From a virus, in the IMG/VR virus record IMGVR_UViG_3300018080_000117, positions 32,001 through 96,000 of that record: a stretch of DNA of 64,000 nt; one strand, 5' to 3'. Every line of letters begins with the position of its first letter. Position 1 is the stretch's first letter. Of this stretch, positions 44,852 through 54,705 are shown one piece after another. Below the pieces are notes generated by a model, which did not search any database, was not told the origin of the DNA, and was given only the letters and a program-made list of their open reading frames with translations. The position numbers were made by a program, and so were the translations under genes.

Positions 44852-47197
44852 ATGGCTGTCATTACTTCTAACGCTTCCGGCAATTGGTCAGCAGGCGGTA
44901 CGTGGGTAGGTGGTGTTGCTCCTGCGTCCGGTGACTCTGCGGTTATCGCTAACACTCACGTTGTAGACATTGACGGAAATATTACGGTGGGTCCTGCCAG
45001 TGGGCTCGATCCTAACCCAACTAGCGATTGTTCGGTGTACATCCAAACTGGTGGAACCCTTCGAGTTCCGCATACCGTAGCAGGTAACTACACCCTTACG
45101 CTTCGCGGTCCAATCTACGTAGCTACTGGCGGTACGTTTACGATCGGTACCGACAGCGATAATCCAATTCCTAGTAACCGAACTTTCGATATTCTCTTCG
45201 ACGACATTACGGTCAACAATTGGATAGCAGGGTCGTTTAAGATCTACGGATACCCGTCTTACCACATGGCAGACGCCGATTCTTATCGTTCTAGAATTGA
45301 CACAGACGCTGGAGCAGGTGCAGGAGCTACGCTAAGTTTGCCAGATAGTGTGGATTGGCAAAGTGGAGACACCGTATTGGTTGGCACAGGCGGCGACCCT
45401 GGCCATGCGATCACAGGTGTAGAAAAGGTTACTCTTACTGGCAAGACAGACGCAAGCACCTTTACTGCCAACCTTGGGTCTAATCACTTTGGAGATGCAA
45501 ATTACGGGGATGTACTAGTAAACATAACTAGAAACGTAAACATCGATATCGGTGGGGCTTACCAGTACCAATTTGCAAATCGGGATAGTACAGTTTCATT
45601 TGTTAGAGACGCAGAGTTTGACCTTAACTGGTGCTGCTTTAGCAACGGAGGAAGAAGCACAGAAGCTCTTTTTGAGTTTGGTCTGTTGAATGCTAGGTAC
45701 GCTGCAGACAAGGTAAGCTTCAATCACGTATGTTTCGACACAATCCGATCGGCTACGGTACCTTGGATCAACATTGAGAACTGTGGGATCGATCCTGCGG
45801 ACGGGTATCAATTTACAGATCTCGTTTTTTACGACTCCTACATTTGTATTCGAGTACAAGACGGTACAGGCTGGAGGATAAACGGAATAACAAGCATTGA
45901 TGCTAATAGCACACACCTAAATTCTATAAACACAACCCTAGACTCAACAGGGATTGAAGAGGTTTTGAATGCTTGGTTTGTGTACGACGGTATTGTGTTC
46001 GATGACATCATGCCTAGTTTGGTGACTAACTTCAAAATCCATGGGGTTGACTATTTTGCTAATGTATCTTCAACCACTTCTAGTGACAACCAACGAAAGT
46101 CTAAATGGGATACTGGAGAAATTTTCGCTTTGCAAAATGTGGCAGGAACGTTGATAGGTACGGGGTCAGACAATCCTTTGAATTGGTTTTTCAAAGACGT
46201 TGAATGGAAATCTTGTCTTGGGCATTGTTTGAATTACAACGCATGCTCCGGTACTTCGGTGTTTGAGTTTGTTGGTTGTTCTTTTGACGGCAACAATACT
46301 GGCAATAACAACGCTCGTGCAGCAATCGCAATTAACCAAGCTCCTGGATCTTCGTTAATTTTTCGTTCGTGCAACTTCGGAACAACAACTCAAAATTATC
46401 GGTGGAACACCATATTCAACACACACCCACGAGGCGCTTTGTCTAGACTTCTTTTTTCTAATTGCGTAATCAAAGAACCTGCCAACTGGTCACCTACCAC
46501 AACCTATGACTGGTACGGAGACGGCGACAGAGAAAGACTGTGGGCGCTTGGACTAAATTCTTACCAATCGCAATACGACAGAATGCAACTTGGAATTAAC
46601 GGGTCATATGAATTGGTTGACTGCCAATTACTAAACGCAGCCGACGCCGATCAATGGAGCACTTTGTATCCGAACACCGATTCCGTAGCCTTTATACACG
46701 GCGGTGGGGAGATGCACAAAGTAAGTTCTGGAGAAGCCGCCGGTTATCAAGATGGAACTTATGCCCGAAAGTTTTTGCCGTTTAACCCAGGCATGCGAAC
46801 TTATGCAACCTATGCGAGACCGTTGCTAATCCCACTAACGAGCGGGGAACAGATAACAGTAACCTTAGACTTCAAGAAAAATTTAGCAGTGCAATCTGAT
46901 TTTCGCTTACCGAAACTGCACATGGAAGGCTGTGGTATCTCAACGCTAGACACTATGCAGGATATTCAAAACACCTGGGATACCCTTACAGTAACTGGAA
47001 CTGCTAGCTACACAGACGTTGTTCGGGTTACGGTATCTTGTTGGGCCATGGTCGACGATTCATACATATTGAGCGCCGACAACCCAACAAGACAAGCTAC
47101 TACGTCAACGGTAGGTGCTTACAACTATCCTTACGACCCTGGGGATTCAGACAACCTAATTTTATACTGTGATAAGCTTACCGTAACGATTAGTTGA
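44852..47197 (+). CDS. G8-like/beta-helix protein, probable virion fibre or spike
   Basis: N-terminus ITSNASGNWSAGGTWVGGVAPASGD; Gly/Thr/Asn-rich beta-strand composition; 781 aa. Confidence 0.65.
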   Translation: MAVITSNASGNWSAGGTWVGGVAPASGDSAVIANTHVVDIDGNITVGPASGLDPNPTSDCSVYIQTGGTLRVPHTVAGNYTLTLRGPIYVATGGTFTIGTDSDNPIPSNRTFDILFDDITVNNWIAGSFKIYGYPSYHMADADSYRSRIDTDAGAGAGATLSLPDSVDWQSGDTVLVGTGGDPGHAITGVEKVTLTGKTDASTFTANLGSNHFGDANYGDVLVNITRNVNIDIGGAYQYQFANRDSTVSFVRDAEFDLNWCCFSNGGRSTEALFEFGLLNARYAADKVSFNHVCFDTIRSATVPWINIENCGIDPADGYQFTDLVFYDSYICIRVQDGTGWRINGITSIDANSTHLNSINTTLDSTGIEEVLNAWFVYDGIVFDDIMPSLVTNFKIHGVDYFANVSSTTSSDNQRKSKWDTGEIFALQNVAGTLIGTGSDNPLNWFFKDVEWKSCLGHCLNYNACSGTSVFEFVGCSFDGNNTGNNNARAAIAINQAPGSSLIFRSCNFGTTTQNYRWNTIFNTHPRGALSRLLFSNCVIKEPANWSPTTTYDWYGDGDRERLWALGLNSYQSQYDRMQLGINGSYELVDCQLLNAADADQWSTLYPNTDSVAFIHGGGEMHKVSSGEAAGYQDGTYARKFLPFNPGMRTYATYARPLLIPLTSGEQITVTLDFKKNLAVQSDFRLPKLHMEGCGISTLDTMQDIQNTWDTLTVTGTASYTDVVRVTVSCWAMVDDSYILSADNPTRQATTSTVGAYNYPYDPGDSDNLILYCDKLTVTIS

Positions 47198-47384
47198 CTT
47201 TTTCAAAAAGCACGGTACAATTAATTTGCCTGCGGTCGATGTTCCCCCCCACATTGGTCCAGGCTTAGGCTGTGAGGGCCAGCCACAAGGTATCCGTAGG
47301 GTACCAGCCCTCAATTCTTCCGTTGAAAATTCCAAAAAATCAGGTAGGTTTTAAGCACACTCAAAAACTCTTGCGAGGACAGGC

Positions 47385-48614
47385 ATGCACTCAGTTTCGG
47401 TTGTTGGGTTAGGGTACGTAGGATTGCCTTTGGCTCTGGCGTTTGAGGCTGTAGGGTTGCGCGTTTGGGGGATTGATCACGATCTTGAAAAAGTACAAAT
47501 GCTCAACCGCAAAAAATCTTACCTAACCACAGTCCACGACAACCGATTGCTTTTCGCTTCTGGGTTTCATGCCACAACTAAAAAAGCAGTAATTGCTGAA
47601 TCCGCTGCGGTTATTGTTTGCGTTCCAACACCAATCGACGAAAACAACGAACCTAACCTTAGTTACCTTAAAGACACTTGCCAACAAATTGCCGAACACC
47701 TAAACGGACAGCTCGTGGTAATCGAATCAACAAGCTATCCCGGAACAACCGAAGAGATCGTCAAACCGATCTTAGACTCTTCAGGAAAGCATTACAGCTT
47801 AGCTTACTCTCCCGAAAGAGAAGACCCCGGCAACCCTCATTACAACGTGTTCAACACGCCTAAGATCGTAGGAGCGGACGATAAGCTAAGCTTGGACCAG
47901 GCTATCGAACTTTACGAAAAGGTGTGCAAAACCGTAGTTCCGGTAAGTTCCTGCAAAGTAGCGGAGATGGCCAAGTGCTTGGAAAACGTCTACAGAATGG
48001 TCAACATTAGCCTGGTCAACGAACTAAAGGTTTTTTGTGACTGCGAGGGGATAGACATTTGGGAAGTAATCGAAGCCGCTAAGTCAAAGCCCTTCGGCTT
48101 TCAAGCCTTCTATCCAGGCCCCGGTACTGGAGGGCACTGCCTGCTACCTGATTCGATGTACCTCGCAGCCAGGGCCAAGCAAATCGGTGCTAAGGTCAAT
48201 TTCATCGAGCTGGCGGGACAAGTCAACAAGTCCATGACATGGTTTGTATTTAAAAAAGCTCGTCAGGCCCTCAAGGAAGTTTTGGACAAGGACCTAAAAG
48301 ACTCAAAGGTTTTGGTAATTGGACTGGCATACAAACCCAATATCAACGATACCCGCGAAAGTCCCGCATTCCCGCTTATCAAGGAACTAAAGTTTTTCGG
48401 GGCCGACGTGTGTTATCATGATCCATTTGTCCCCGTGTTCCCAAAAACCCGCAATTATGAGTTCGACCTTGCTTCGATCGACATTTGTGAGGACCACGGT
48501 ATTGACTGCGCGATTTTAGTGACGGATCACGACAATCTAAACTACTTAGAGATTTCTAAGTTTCCTGTCATTGTAGACACCCGCAACCGTATTCCTGCTG
48601 CCTTCAAAGCCTAA
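47385..48614 (+). CDS. nucleotide-sugar 6-dehydrogenase (UDP-GlcNAc/ManNAc dehydrogenase family)
   Basis: GLGYVGLP, CVPTP, ESTSYPGTT, SPEREDPGN, GGHCL, GLAYKPNINDTRESP. Confidence 0.95.
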   Translation: MHSVSVVGLGYVGLPLALAFEAVGLRVWGIDHDLEKVQMLNRKKSYLTTVHDNRLLFASGFHATTKKAVIAESAAVIVCVPTPIDENNEPNLSYLKDTCQQIAEHLNGQLVVIESTSYPGTTEEIVKPILDSSGKHYSLAYSPEREDPGNPHYNVFNTPKIVGADDKLSLDQAIELYEKVCKTVVPVSSCKVAEMAKCLENVYRMVNISLVNELKVFCDCEGIDIWEVIEAAKSKPFGFQAFYPGPGTGGHCLLPDSMYLAARAKQIGAKVNFIELAGQVNKSMTWFVFKKARQALKEVLDKDLKDSKVLVIGLAYKPNINDTRESPAFPLIKELKFFGADVCYHDPFVPVFPKTRNYEFDLASIDICEDHGIDCAILVTDHDNLNYLEISKFPVIVDTRNRIPAAFKA

Positions 48615-48634
48615 CCTTACAAGGAGAGGGGTTT

Positions 48635-49075
48635 ATGCTAGTTCATCCACACCTGCACAAGGCGATGGAAAGCCTAAGAACCTTTGCGGATAAGAAGCAC
48701 CTCGACTTTGGCTGTATGGACTTAGGAACGGCGTACTCACACCTACGGGTCATGCGGTACAACACAATCGCAGAGATGATTCGAGAAGACCCCGATCTTT
48801 TCAGAAAGTGTGTGCGAGACGGAACCAAACCAATCAAAACGCTTCGCAACACATTGTCTTCAACAAAGACAGACTTCATAGTGAACACTCTGCGAAAGAG
48901 ACGGTGTACAAAGACAGAGCTTGCTGAACTTTTGCACGAAGAGTTCAACGATGGCCGCACCATCCGAGACCTTATTGGGTACGTCAATGAACGTTTCGTT
49001 GCGCTAAAAAAACGTGGAGTAAAAGTCATCAAAGTTGGTGCTAAGGGACGCAAAGGAGTTTACGAAATCAAATGA
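48635..49075 (+). CDS. hypothetical protein with possible winged-helix C-terminus
   Basis: 146 aa; AGGAGAGG RBS. Confidence 0.65.
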   Translation: MLVHPHLHKAMESLRTFADKKHLDFGCMDLGTAYSHLRVMRYNTIAEMIREDPDLFRKCVRDGTKPIKTLRNTLSSTKTDFIVNTLRKRRCTKTELAELLHEEFNDGRTIRDLIGYVNERFVALKKRGVKVIKVGAKGRKGVYEIK

Positions 49076-49635
49076 AAGGATTCGATCTAATCTACGTTGA
49101 TCCTCCCTGGTCATACAAGGACACGTGCTCTGCGGGTAAACGAGGCGCTGTTCACAAGTACCCAGTGATGAGTTTAGAAAACATTATTAGCCTTCCTATT
49201 TGGAAGCTGGCATCAGACAACTGTCTTTGTGCTACTTGGGGGACGTGGCCTCAACTACCAATCGTTTGCCAAGCACTAGAGGGCTGGGGGTTTACGTACA
49301 AAAGCGTTGGGTTCGTCTGGGTCAAGACAACCAAAAACAAAAAGCTTCATTGGGGGATGGGCAACTGGACACGCGCAAATAGTGAGTTTGTTTTGTTAGG
49401 CGTGCGAGGAAAGCCAAAACGTGTGGACAAGGCAATTCATTCGATTGTGCATTACCCAATTTCGAAAACACATTCTCGAAAACCTAATGTAATACGAAAA
49501 AAGCTGGCTAGGCTTGTAGGCAACCCTGAACGCAAAATCGAATTGTTTGCCACAGATAAGGTTCCTGGTTGGCGGTGTACAGGGTTTGAAGTAGATGGTC
49601 GTGATATTCGAGATGTCTTGAAAAGGATAAAGTGA
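49072..49635 (+). CDS. MT-A70 family adenine methyltransferase
   Basis: IYVDPPW, WGFTYKS..FVWVK, GMGNWTRANSE, HSRKP, KIELFA. Confidence 0.93.
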   Translation: MKGFDLIYVDPPWSYKDTCSAGKRGAVHKYPVMSLENIISLPIWKLASDNCLCATWGTWPQLPIVCQALEGWGFTYKSVGFVWVKTTKNKKLHWGMGNWTRANSEFVLLGVRGKPKRVDKAIHSIVHYPISKTHSRKPNVIRKKLARLVGNPERKIELFATDKVPGWRCTGFEVDGRDIRDVLKRIK

Positions 49636-49636
49636 A

Positions 49637-50050
49637 ATGACCACAGACGACGAGTTCTTTGATATTTTGGATACTCAATTGGTTGAAAAACCGATCGAAC
49701 CCAAGATACCATTAGAGCAGTTGGACCCTCCAGAAACGTGTACCGTAGAAGACATTCGAAAAACACATGTCTACCCAGAAGGGATAAAAGACCAGCTCGA
49801 TAAGTACGAAAAGTTTTTGAAGGAGATGGCCAGTGCTAACGACAAAATTCAAAAAATTTTGGAGAGCTGGTTCAACGAGGAAAGCAATGAACAAGATCGC
49901 CTAAAAAGGTTCGTACAAGGGATAAAAATTCTACAATACCGAATGATCGTAAGTGTTATTTCAAACAACCTAAACGCAGACGATGCCCAGAAATACGTCA
50001 ACCTCTACCAAGAATTGGTACAAGCGGAACTACAACTTAGAAAAGGGTAA
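49637..50050 (+). CDS. hypothetical protein
   Basis: 137 aa, operonic. Confidence 0.65.
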   Translation: MTTDDEFFDILDTQLVEKPIEPKIPLEQLDPPETCTVEDIRKTHVYPEGIKDQLDKYEKFLKEMASANDKIQKILESWFNEESNEQDRLKRFVQGIKILQYRMIVSVISNNLNADDAQKYVNLYQELVQAELQLRKG

Positions 50051-50052
50051 CG

Positions 50053-50238
50053 ATGAACGCCAAAGTTACAGACGCATTTGTTCAAGCTTTTAGAAGCGAG
50101 GCAGACTACCACGACGCTTTTGCAAATCTAGTTGCTACAGGTGTCTTGCCGCTAGGAGTGGTAAAAGACGATCCAAGAGTAAAGGACATAGTTTTACGTT
50201 GTCAAAAGGCACGCAATGAAAATCTTAATCACCGTTGA
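50053..50238 (+). CDS. hypothetical protein
   Basis: 61 aa, operonic. Confidence 0.55.
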   Translation: MNAKVTDAFVQAFRSEADYHDAFANLVATGVLPLGVVKDDPRVKDIVLRCQKARNENLNHR

Positions 50239-51643
50239 CCCGCACCGTCTAAAAGTATCTCCTAAAATACCAAAGTACCTGCTTGAAAATTTGTGTTTGT
50301 ACACTCGTTACAGGGTTGATAATTACGAGTACACCGTTAGGGGGCAGGAAGGATGGAACGGCTATGTCAATACGTTCAACGTTTACAAACAAGAGGCTCC
50401 TGCTGGTTTGTGGCGGCGTATTCAAAATTTTTTCAAAAACGAAGAATTCGATGTCGAAGTTGTTTGGGCTGAATGCAAACCTCTTGGAAAAAAGAAGCCA
50501 TGGGTACACACCCTAGACCTTGCCCACCACCAAATAAGATCCGTAGAGGCTGCTGTAAAAGGGCGTTACGGAATTATCGACGGGGCAATCAGGTCAGGCA
50601 AAACAGCGATCATGGGGGCGATCCTAAACAAAATTAATCGAACACCTGCAATTGTTCTAACCGTTGGTAAAGACTTAGTGATTCAAACATCCCGTGAATT
50701 GGAGCGTTTCACAGATTTTGAAGTAGGCAGTCTTGTAGATTCCAAGTATGAAAAGGGAGAGGTGCTGGTTACGAGCTATCATGCTCTTATCTCTGCTCTA
50801 AAAAACCGATCGGAAACAACAGAAAAAACGAAGCAACGCAACAAAGAGATCAGAAAATTTGTTGGGGATACTGACGTGCTTTTACTCGATGAGTGCCATT
50901 ACGCCTTAGCGCCCAAAACCGCAAAGGCCTTAAAGAAGCTTAGTCCAGCTTATAAGATCGGCTTGTCTGGAACGCCTAACAGAGAAGGCACACAGACAAC
51001 TGAACGAGAAGCTGCGCTAGGACCAACCCTTTGTCGAGTAAGCTTACAACAAATGGTTGAAATCGGAAGGTTGGCAAAACCGCTAACAATTTGGTACGAG
51101 CTTCCTGCACAGTGGTATCTCAAAGACGGGATTTATGATTTTGGAGAAGACTACGATTCAAACATTATTAAGAACGCTTACCGCAACCAGTTCATCAAAG
51201 AAATCGTTGATAACCTTTATTCAAAGGGCAAATCCTCGTTCGTTATGGTTTCTAAGATTGAGCACGGCAAGGAACTAGAAAGGCTTATCCCCAAAAGTTA
51301 CTTCGTTCGAGGAGCAGTCAGTACTAAGGTTAGATGGAACATGTATCGTGCTGTGCAAGAAGGGAAGCTTTCTTGCGTGATTTCAACAGTCTCCAAACTT
51401 GGCCTAGACCTACCAAAATTAAATGCAGTGATCAACGCAGAAGGCTACCGAAGCAAAACAAGCACAGTGCAGAAGCTGCGATCATTGACCGGCATTGAAG
51501 GCAAAAGGGTCGGGTTGATTATCGACTTCTTGGACCATTCGAAGTACACGCAAAGACACAGTATTCAGAGGTTGAAGTTGTACAAATCTAAACAGTTTGT
51601 GATCAAAAAACGCCAAGTACCGGAGGATTACTATGGGAAATAA
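50216..51643 (+). CDS. SF2 helicase (UvsW/ResIII-like)
   Basis: RSGKT, LLDECH, GLSGTP, GLDLP. Confidence 0.9.
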   Translation: MKILITVDPHRLKVSPKIPKYLLENLCLYTRYRVDNYEYTVRGQEGWNGYVNTFNVYKQEAPAGLWRRIQNFFKNEEFDVEVVWAECKPLGKKKPWVHTLDLAHHQIRSVEAAVKGRYGIIDGAIRSGKTAIMGAILNKINRTPAIVLTVGKDLVIQTSRELERFTDFEVGSLVDSKYEKGEVLVTSYHALISALKNRSETTEKTKQRNKEIRKFVGDTDVLLLDECHYALAPKTAKALKKLSPAYKIGLSGTPNREGTQTTEREAALGPTLCRVSLQQMVEIGRLAKPLTIWYELPAQWYLKDGIYDFGEDYDSNIIKNAYRNQFIKEIVDNLYSKGKSSFVMVSKIEHGKELERLIPKSYFVRGAVSTKVRWNMYRAVQEGKLSCVISTVSKLGLDLPKLNAVINAEGYRSKTSTVQKLRSLTGIEGKRVGLIIDFLDHSKYTQRHSIQRLKLYKSKQFVIKKRQVPEDYYGK

Positions 51644-52172
51644 GCCGGTCTGCAAACGAAGAACCTTGCTTTTTACCGACGACCCTATCGAACGAAAAAT
51701 TATTGAAATGGCTTCTACCTTATCTAGTCAAAACGACCGGCTAAAAAAACAGATCGAAAAATCTGGCGCTTGGGCAGCCCAGAAGCATGTTGACCAGTGG
51801 AGACCTTTTGACTTCCTACATTACTTCAATGACCTTTATGAACAACGCTACCGTCGCCAATACCACCTAAAAGGAAGTTTAGTTCGTGCCTATGATCAAA
51901 TCGAAAAATTTATGCGGGAAGTAGACGCAGATAACAAGACGTTTAAGAGTTTTATCGATATAGCTTTTGCCAGGCACTTCAACGATTTCGCTCCTCCAAC
52001 ACTTCAACACATTATCAACAAAACAATCTTTTCGAAAGTGATGAAAAAGCACAAACCAAGTAAAAGACTGACAGACTTAGACCACCGAATCGCTAGAGAA
52101 TCTTTTATCGAAGACGAGCACGACCCCTACGCTTACTTGGACGAAATGATTGCTAATGAGTGCCTACACTGA
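51633..52172 (+). CDS. hypothetical replication-module protein
   Basis: 179 aa, directly upstream of the loader and helicase. Confidence 0.65.
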   Translation: MGNKPVCKRRTLLFTDDPIERKIIEMASTLSSQNDRLKKQIEKSGAWAAQKHVDQWRPFDFLHYFNDLYEQRYRRQYHLKGSLVRAYDQIEKFMREVDADNKTFKSFIDIAFARHFNDFAPPTLQHIINKTIFSKVMKKHKPSKRLTDLDHRIARESFIEDEHDPYAYLDEMIANECLH

Positions 52173-52872
52173 CCTTGAGAAAATAAAAAAAAATTGCAAG
52201 CTCTGTGCTGGTATTGGAATGGTTCTCGTTGACGACGAACTACAATACTGCAAGTGCGTTCAACGGATTCGTCAAAAAGCTAAGCTTATTGACGCAAACA
52301 TTCCAAAGCAGTACTGGGATTTTCACATCGCGGATATTCACCAAAGCTTCAAAGAAGACAACAAAAAAGAATTCCATGCAGTACAAGCGTACATCAAACG
52401 CATAAGGGCAAACATCCGCAACGGTAAGGGGCTTTGGTTGTGGAGCCCTCCCGGTATGGGTAAAAGCACTTGTATTGCAGACATTCTCAGATCTGCGATC
52501 GCTACTGAGCACAAAGCTTACTTCTTGAAAGCAGCAAAGGTTGTTGAGCTTAGGATGAAGGCTCTTCGATCTGCTGAGGCTTCTGGCTTAGTAGACTACT
52601 TGTTATCTAAGGTAGACATTATTGCGGTTGAGGAAATAGAAAAAGTTTACCTAGCTTCGGAAGACACGCTACCAAACACGTTATTTTTTGATTTTCTTTC
52701 TGACTTATACGATTCGAAAAGAGCGCTGCTAGTTACTTCAAACTGTTCCCCCGCTAAGGTAATTGAAAAGTTCCCTACGTATATTGCAGACAGGTTGCGT
52801 TTGTTGAAAGTTCTACGATTTACGGGGAAGTTTTCGGGGCGTAAACTGGCGCAGGCAAATGCTCGAACTTAG
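52150..52872 (+). CDS. DnaC/IstB-like AAA+ helicase loader
   Basis: CKLC...CKC, GLWLWSPPGMGKS, AVEEIEK, VTSN, IADRL. Confidence 0.85.
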   Translation: MLMSAYTDLEKIKKNCKLCAGIGMVLVDDELQYCKCVQRIRQKAKLIDANIPKQYWDFHIADIHQSFKEDNKKEFHAVQAYIKRIRANIRNGKGLWLWSPPGMGKSTCIADILRSAIATEHKAYFLKAAKVVELRMKALRSAEASGLVDYLLSKVDIIAVEEIEKVYLASEDTLPNTLFFDFLSDLYDSKRALLVTSNCSPAKVIEKFPTYIADRLRLLKVLRFTGKFSGRKLAQANART

Positions 52873-54235
52873 ATCTGACAAGGTCGAAAAAAGATTACTG
52901 TCCTTCTACTTTCGTAAGCCTTACTTTGCCAGGCTTGTCGATCTCGACGAGAACAAGTTTTTTACTCGTGCGAAGTACCGTACCTTAGCCCGTCTTGCCA
53001 AAAGCTACATAAAAAAATACCAACAGCCGCCTACCAAAAAGGTTCTGTACGAATACACCAAAGACACAGAACGGCACTCAAACGTTGACGAGATCGGGTC
53101 AGCGATGTCTTTAATGGCGACCCTCCCAAAACCACGTAAGGATGAGTTTGAATACTTACTTGACCGAGGCAAAGACCTTCTTCTAACCCGCAACCTCTAC
53201 GACGTAGCGGACCACATAAAAAACGCTCTTGAGTCTGACGGAGAATTAAAGGAGACCCATCGTAAGGTCCTCACGTCCCTTCTGCGAGCAGACGAGACGA
53301 GGACGGCTAACCGTATGGGGTTTCTGCACGAGACCGCACAGGAGCGCTGGAACACGTTTGTGCGGCAGGATCACAAGGATGACATTATTCGCTTTGGCAT
53401 GGACCCCCTAGACGAAGCCTTAGGAGGCATGCGAAAAACGTTCACGACTTTGATCTACTCCAAAACCGGTGGTGGTAAGACCAGGACCGCTGTCAACGTT
53501 GCGATCAATGCGGCTAGGCAAGGCAAAAATGTTATCTATTTCTCGCTTGAGATGGCAACCGAACTTATCGGGGCTGTGTTCGACAGTCGATTAGCTTGGT
53601 TAGACTCTTCCAAAATCGTATTTTCTAAGCTAAGTCAACAAGAAAAACGAAAATACCGAATAATGCTAAAAAAGCAAGTTCAGAAAAAGCTCGGTGTTTA
53701 CATTGTGGACATTCCTTCGAACGCAACCACGTCAGATTTGTACGAGGCTGTGGAGACCTACAGGGCTGTCACAGGGCTCGAACCCGACTTGGCCATCCTC
53801 GACTACGCCAATCTGCTCGAACCGCTTAGATCGTACGCTGGCCGTTCTGAGAAGTACGACGTTCTTTTCAAAGAGCTACACGAGTTTGCCCGAGCACAGC
53901 GAGTTGCTTTGCTAACAGCTACCCAGGAGAAGCGCCAGAGCAACGACAACAAGAAGGATAAGGACCCTTACGAACCAGATATCGAAAACATCGGCCTAAG
54001 TAATTACATGGCCGTGCACTGCGAGACGGTACTAAGGTTAGTCCAGACTGAGGAAGACAAACTCCAAAACAGTTTGTGGATTGTCGTGGACAAGAGCCGC
54101 TACAGCGCAGTGGGGACTAAGATTTCTCTAATTGCACTGTGGAGCCACTCGTACGTAGGCGATCGGTTTGTTGGAAATATTCCCGGTGTGCGCGTTGTAA
54201 AAAGGAGAAAAAAGAGTAAGAAAAAGAAAGAATGA
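52859..54235 (+). CDS. dnaB: DnaB-like replicative helicase
   Basis: LDEALGG, KTGGGKT, YFSLEM, ILDYANL, TATQ, KSRY. Confidence 0.9.
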   Translation: MLELRSDKVEKRLLSFYFRKPYFARLVDLDENKFFTRAKYRTLARLAKSYIKKYQQPPTKKVLYEYTKDTERHSNVDEIGSAMSLMATLPKPRKDEFEYLLDRGKDLLLTRNLYDVADHIKNALESDGELKETHRKVLTSLLRADETRTANRMGFLHETAQERWNTFVRQDHKDDIIRFGMDPLDEALGGMRKTFTTLIYSKTGGGKTRTAVNVAINAARQGKNVIYFSLEMATELIGAVFDSRLAWLDSSKIVFSKLSQQEKRKYRIMLKKQVQKKLGVYIVDIPSNATTSDLYEAVETYRAVTGLEPDLAILDYANLLEPLRSYAGRSEKYDVLFKELHEFARAQRVALLTATQEKRQSNDNKKDKDPYEPDIENIGLSNYMAVHCETVLRLVQTEEDKLQNSLWIVVDKSRYSAVGTKISLIALWSHSYVGDRFVGNIPGVRVVKRRKKSKKKKE

Positions 54236-54705
54236 ATACTCTTACTCTTTTGGAGACTCTTGAATTTACGGGAATTCAAGAAGCCGGTGACGGGAAGTAC
54301 CGCTGCTTATGCCCCTTCCACAAAGAAACTAAGCCATCCTTTTACGCCTACCCAGACGGAACTTATCACTGCTTCGGTTGCTTAGCCCATGGAGATTTGT
54401 GGGAATTAGGGGACGAAGAGGATTTGGCCTGGAACGTAGCGCGATTAGAGATAAGTTTTTCGAAAAACGGGTACAACCCAAAAAAGCTTAGGTCTAGATT
54501 TTGCTCTGTGGTAAACAAGCTGATCGCGAAAGGCAACCTTGGCCCTCGAATCCAAAACCGTGTGTGGGAAGCGTTTGACCGAGCAGACTTAGTTGCTACA
54601 GCGAAATCCAATAATTTGCTTGACTACGATCTTTCAATGCGTCTGAGTCTACACAAAATAGCTAAAGGAGTAAAACACCATGCCTCAAAAAAAACAAACG
54701 CCTAA
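54232..54705 (+). CDS. stand-alone CHC2 primase zinc-finger protein
   Basis: CLCPFHKETKPSF...YHCFGCLAHGD. Confidence 0.85.
   Translation: MNTLTLLETLEFTGIQEAGDGKYRCLCPFHKETKPSFYAYPDGTYHCFGCLAHGDLWELGDEEDLAWNVARLEISFSKNGYNPKKLRSRFCSVVNKLIAKGNLGPRIQNRVWEAFDRADLVATAKSNNLLDYDLSMRLSLHKIAKGVKHHASKKTNA

Noticed and set aside
47198-47384. tRNA gene
   Set aside because: Hairpins are present but there is no T-loop GTTCRA or cloverleaf spacing; no tRNA was recognised anywhere in the window.
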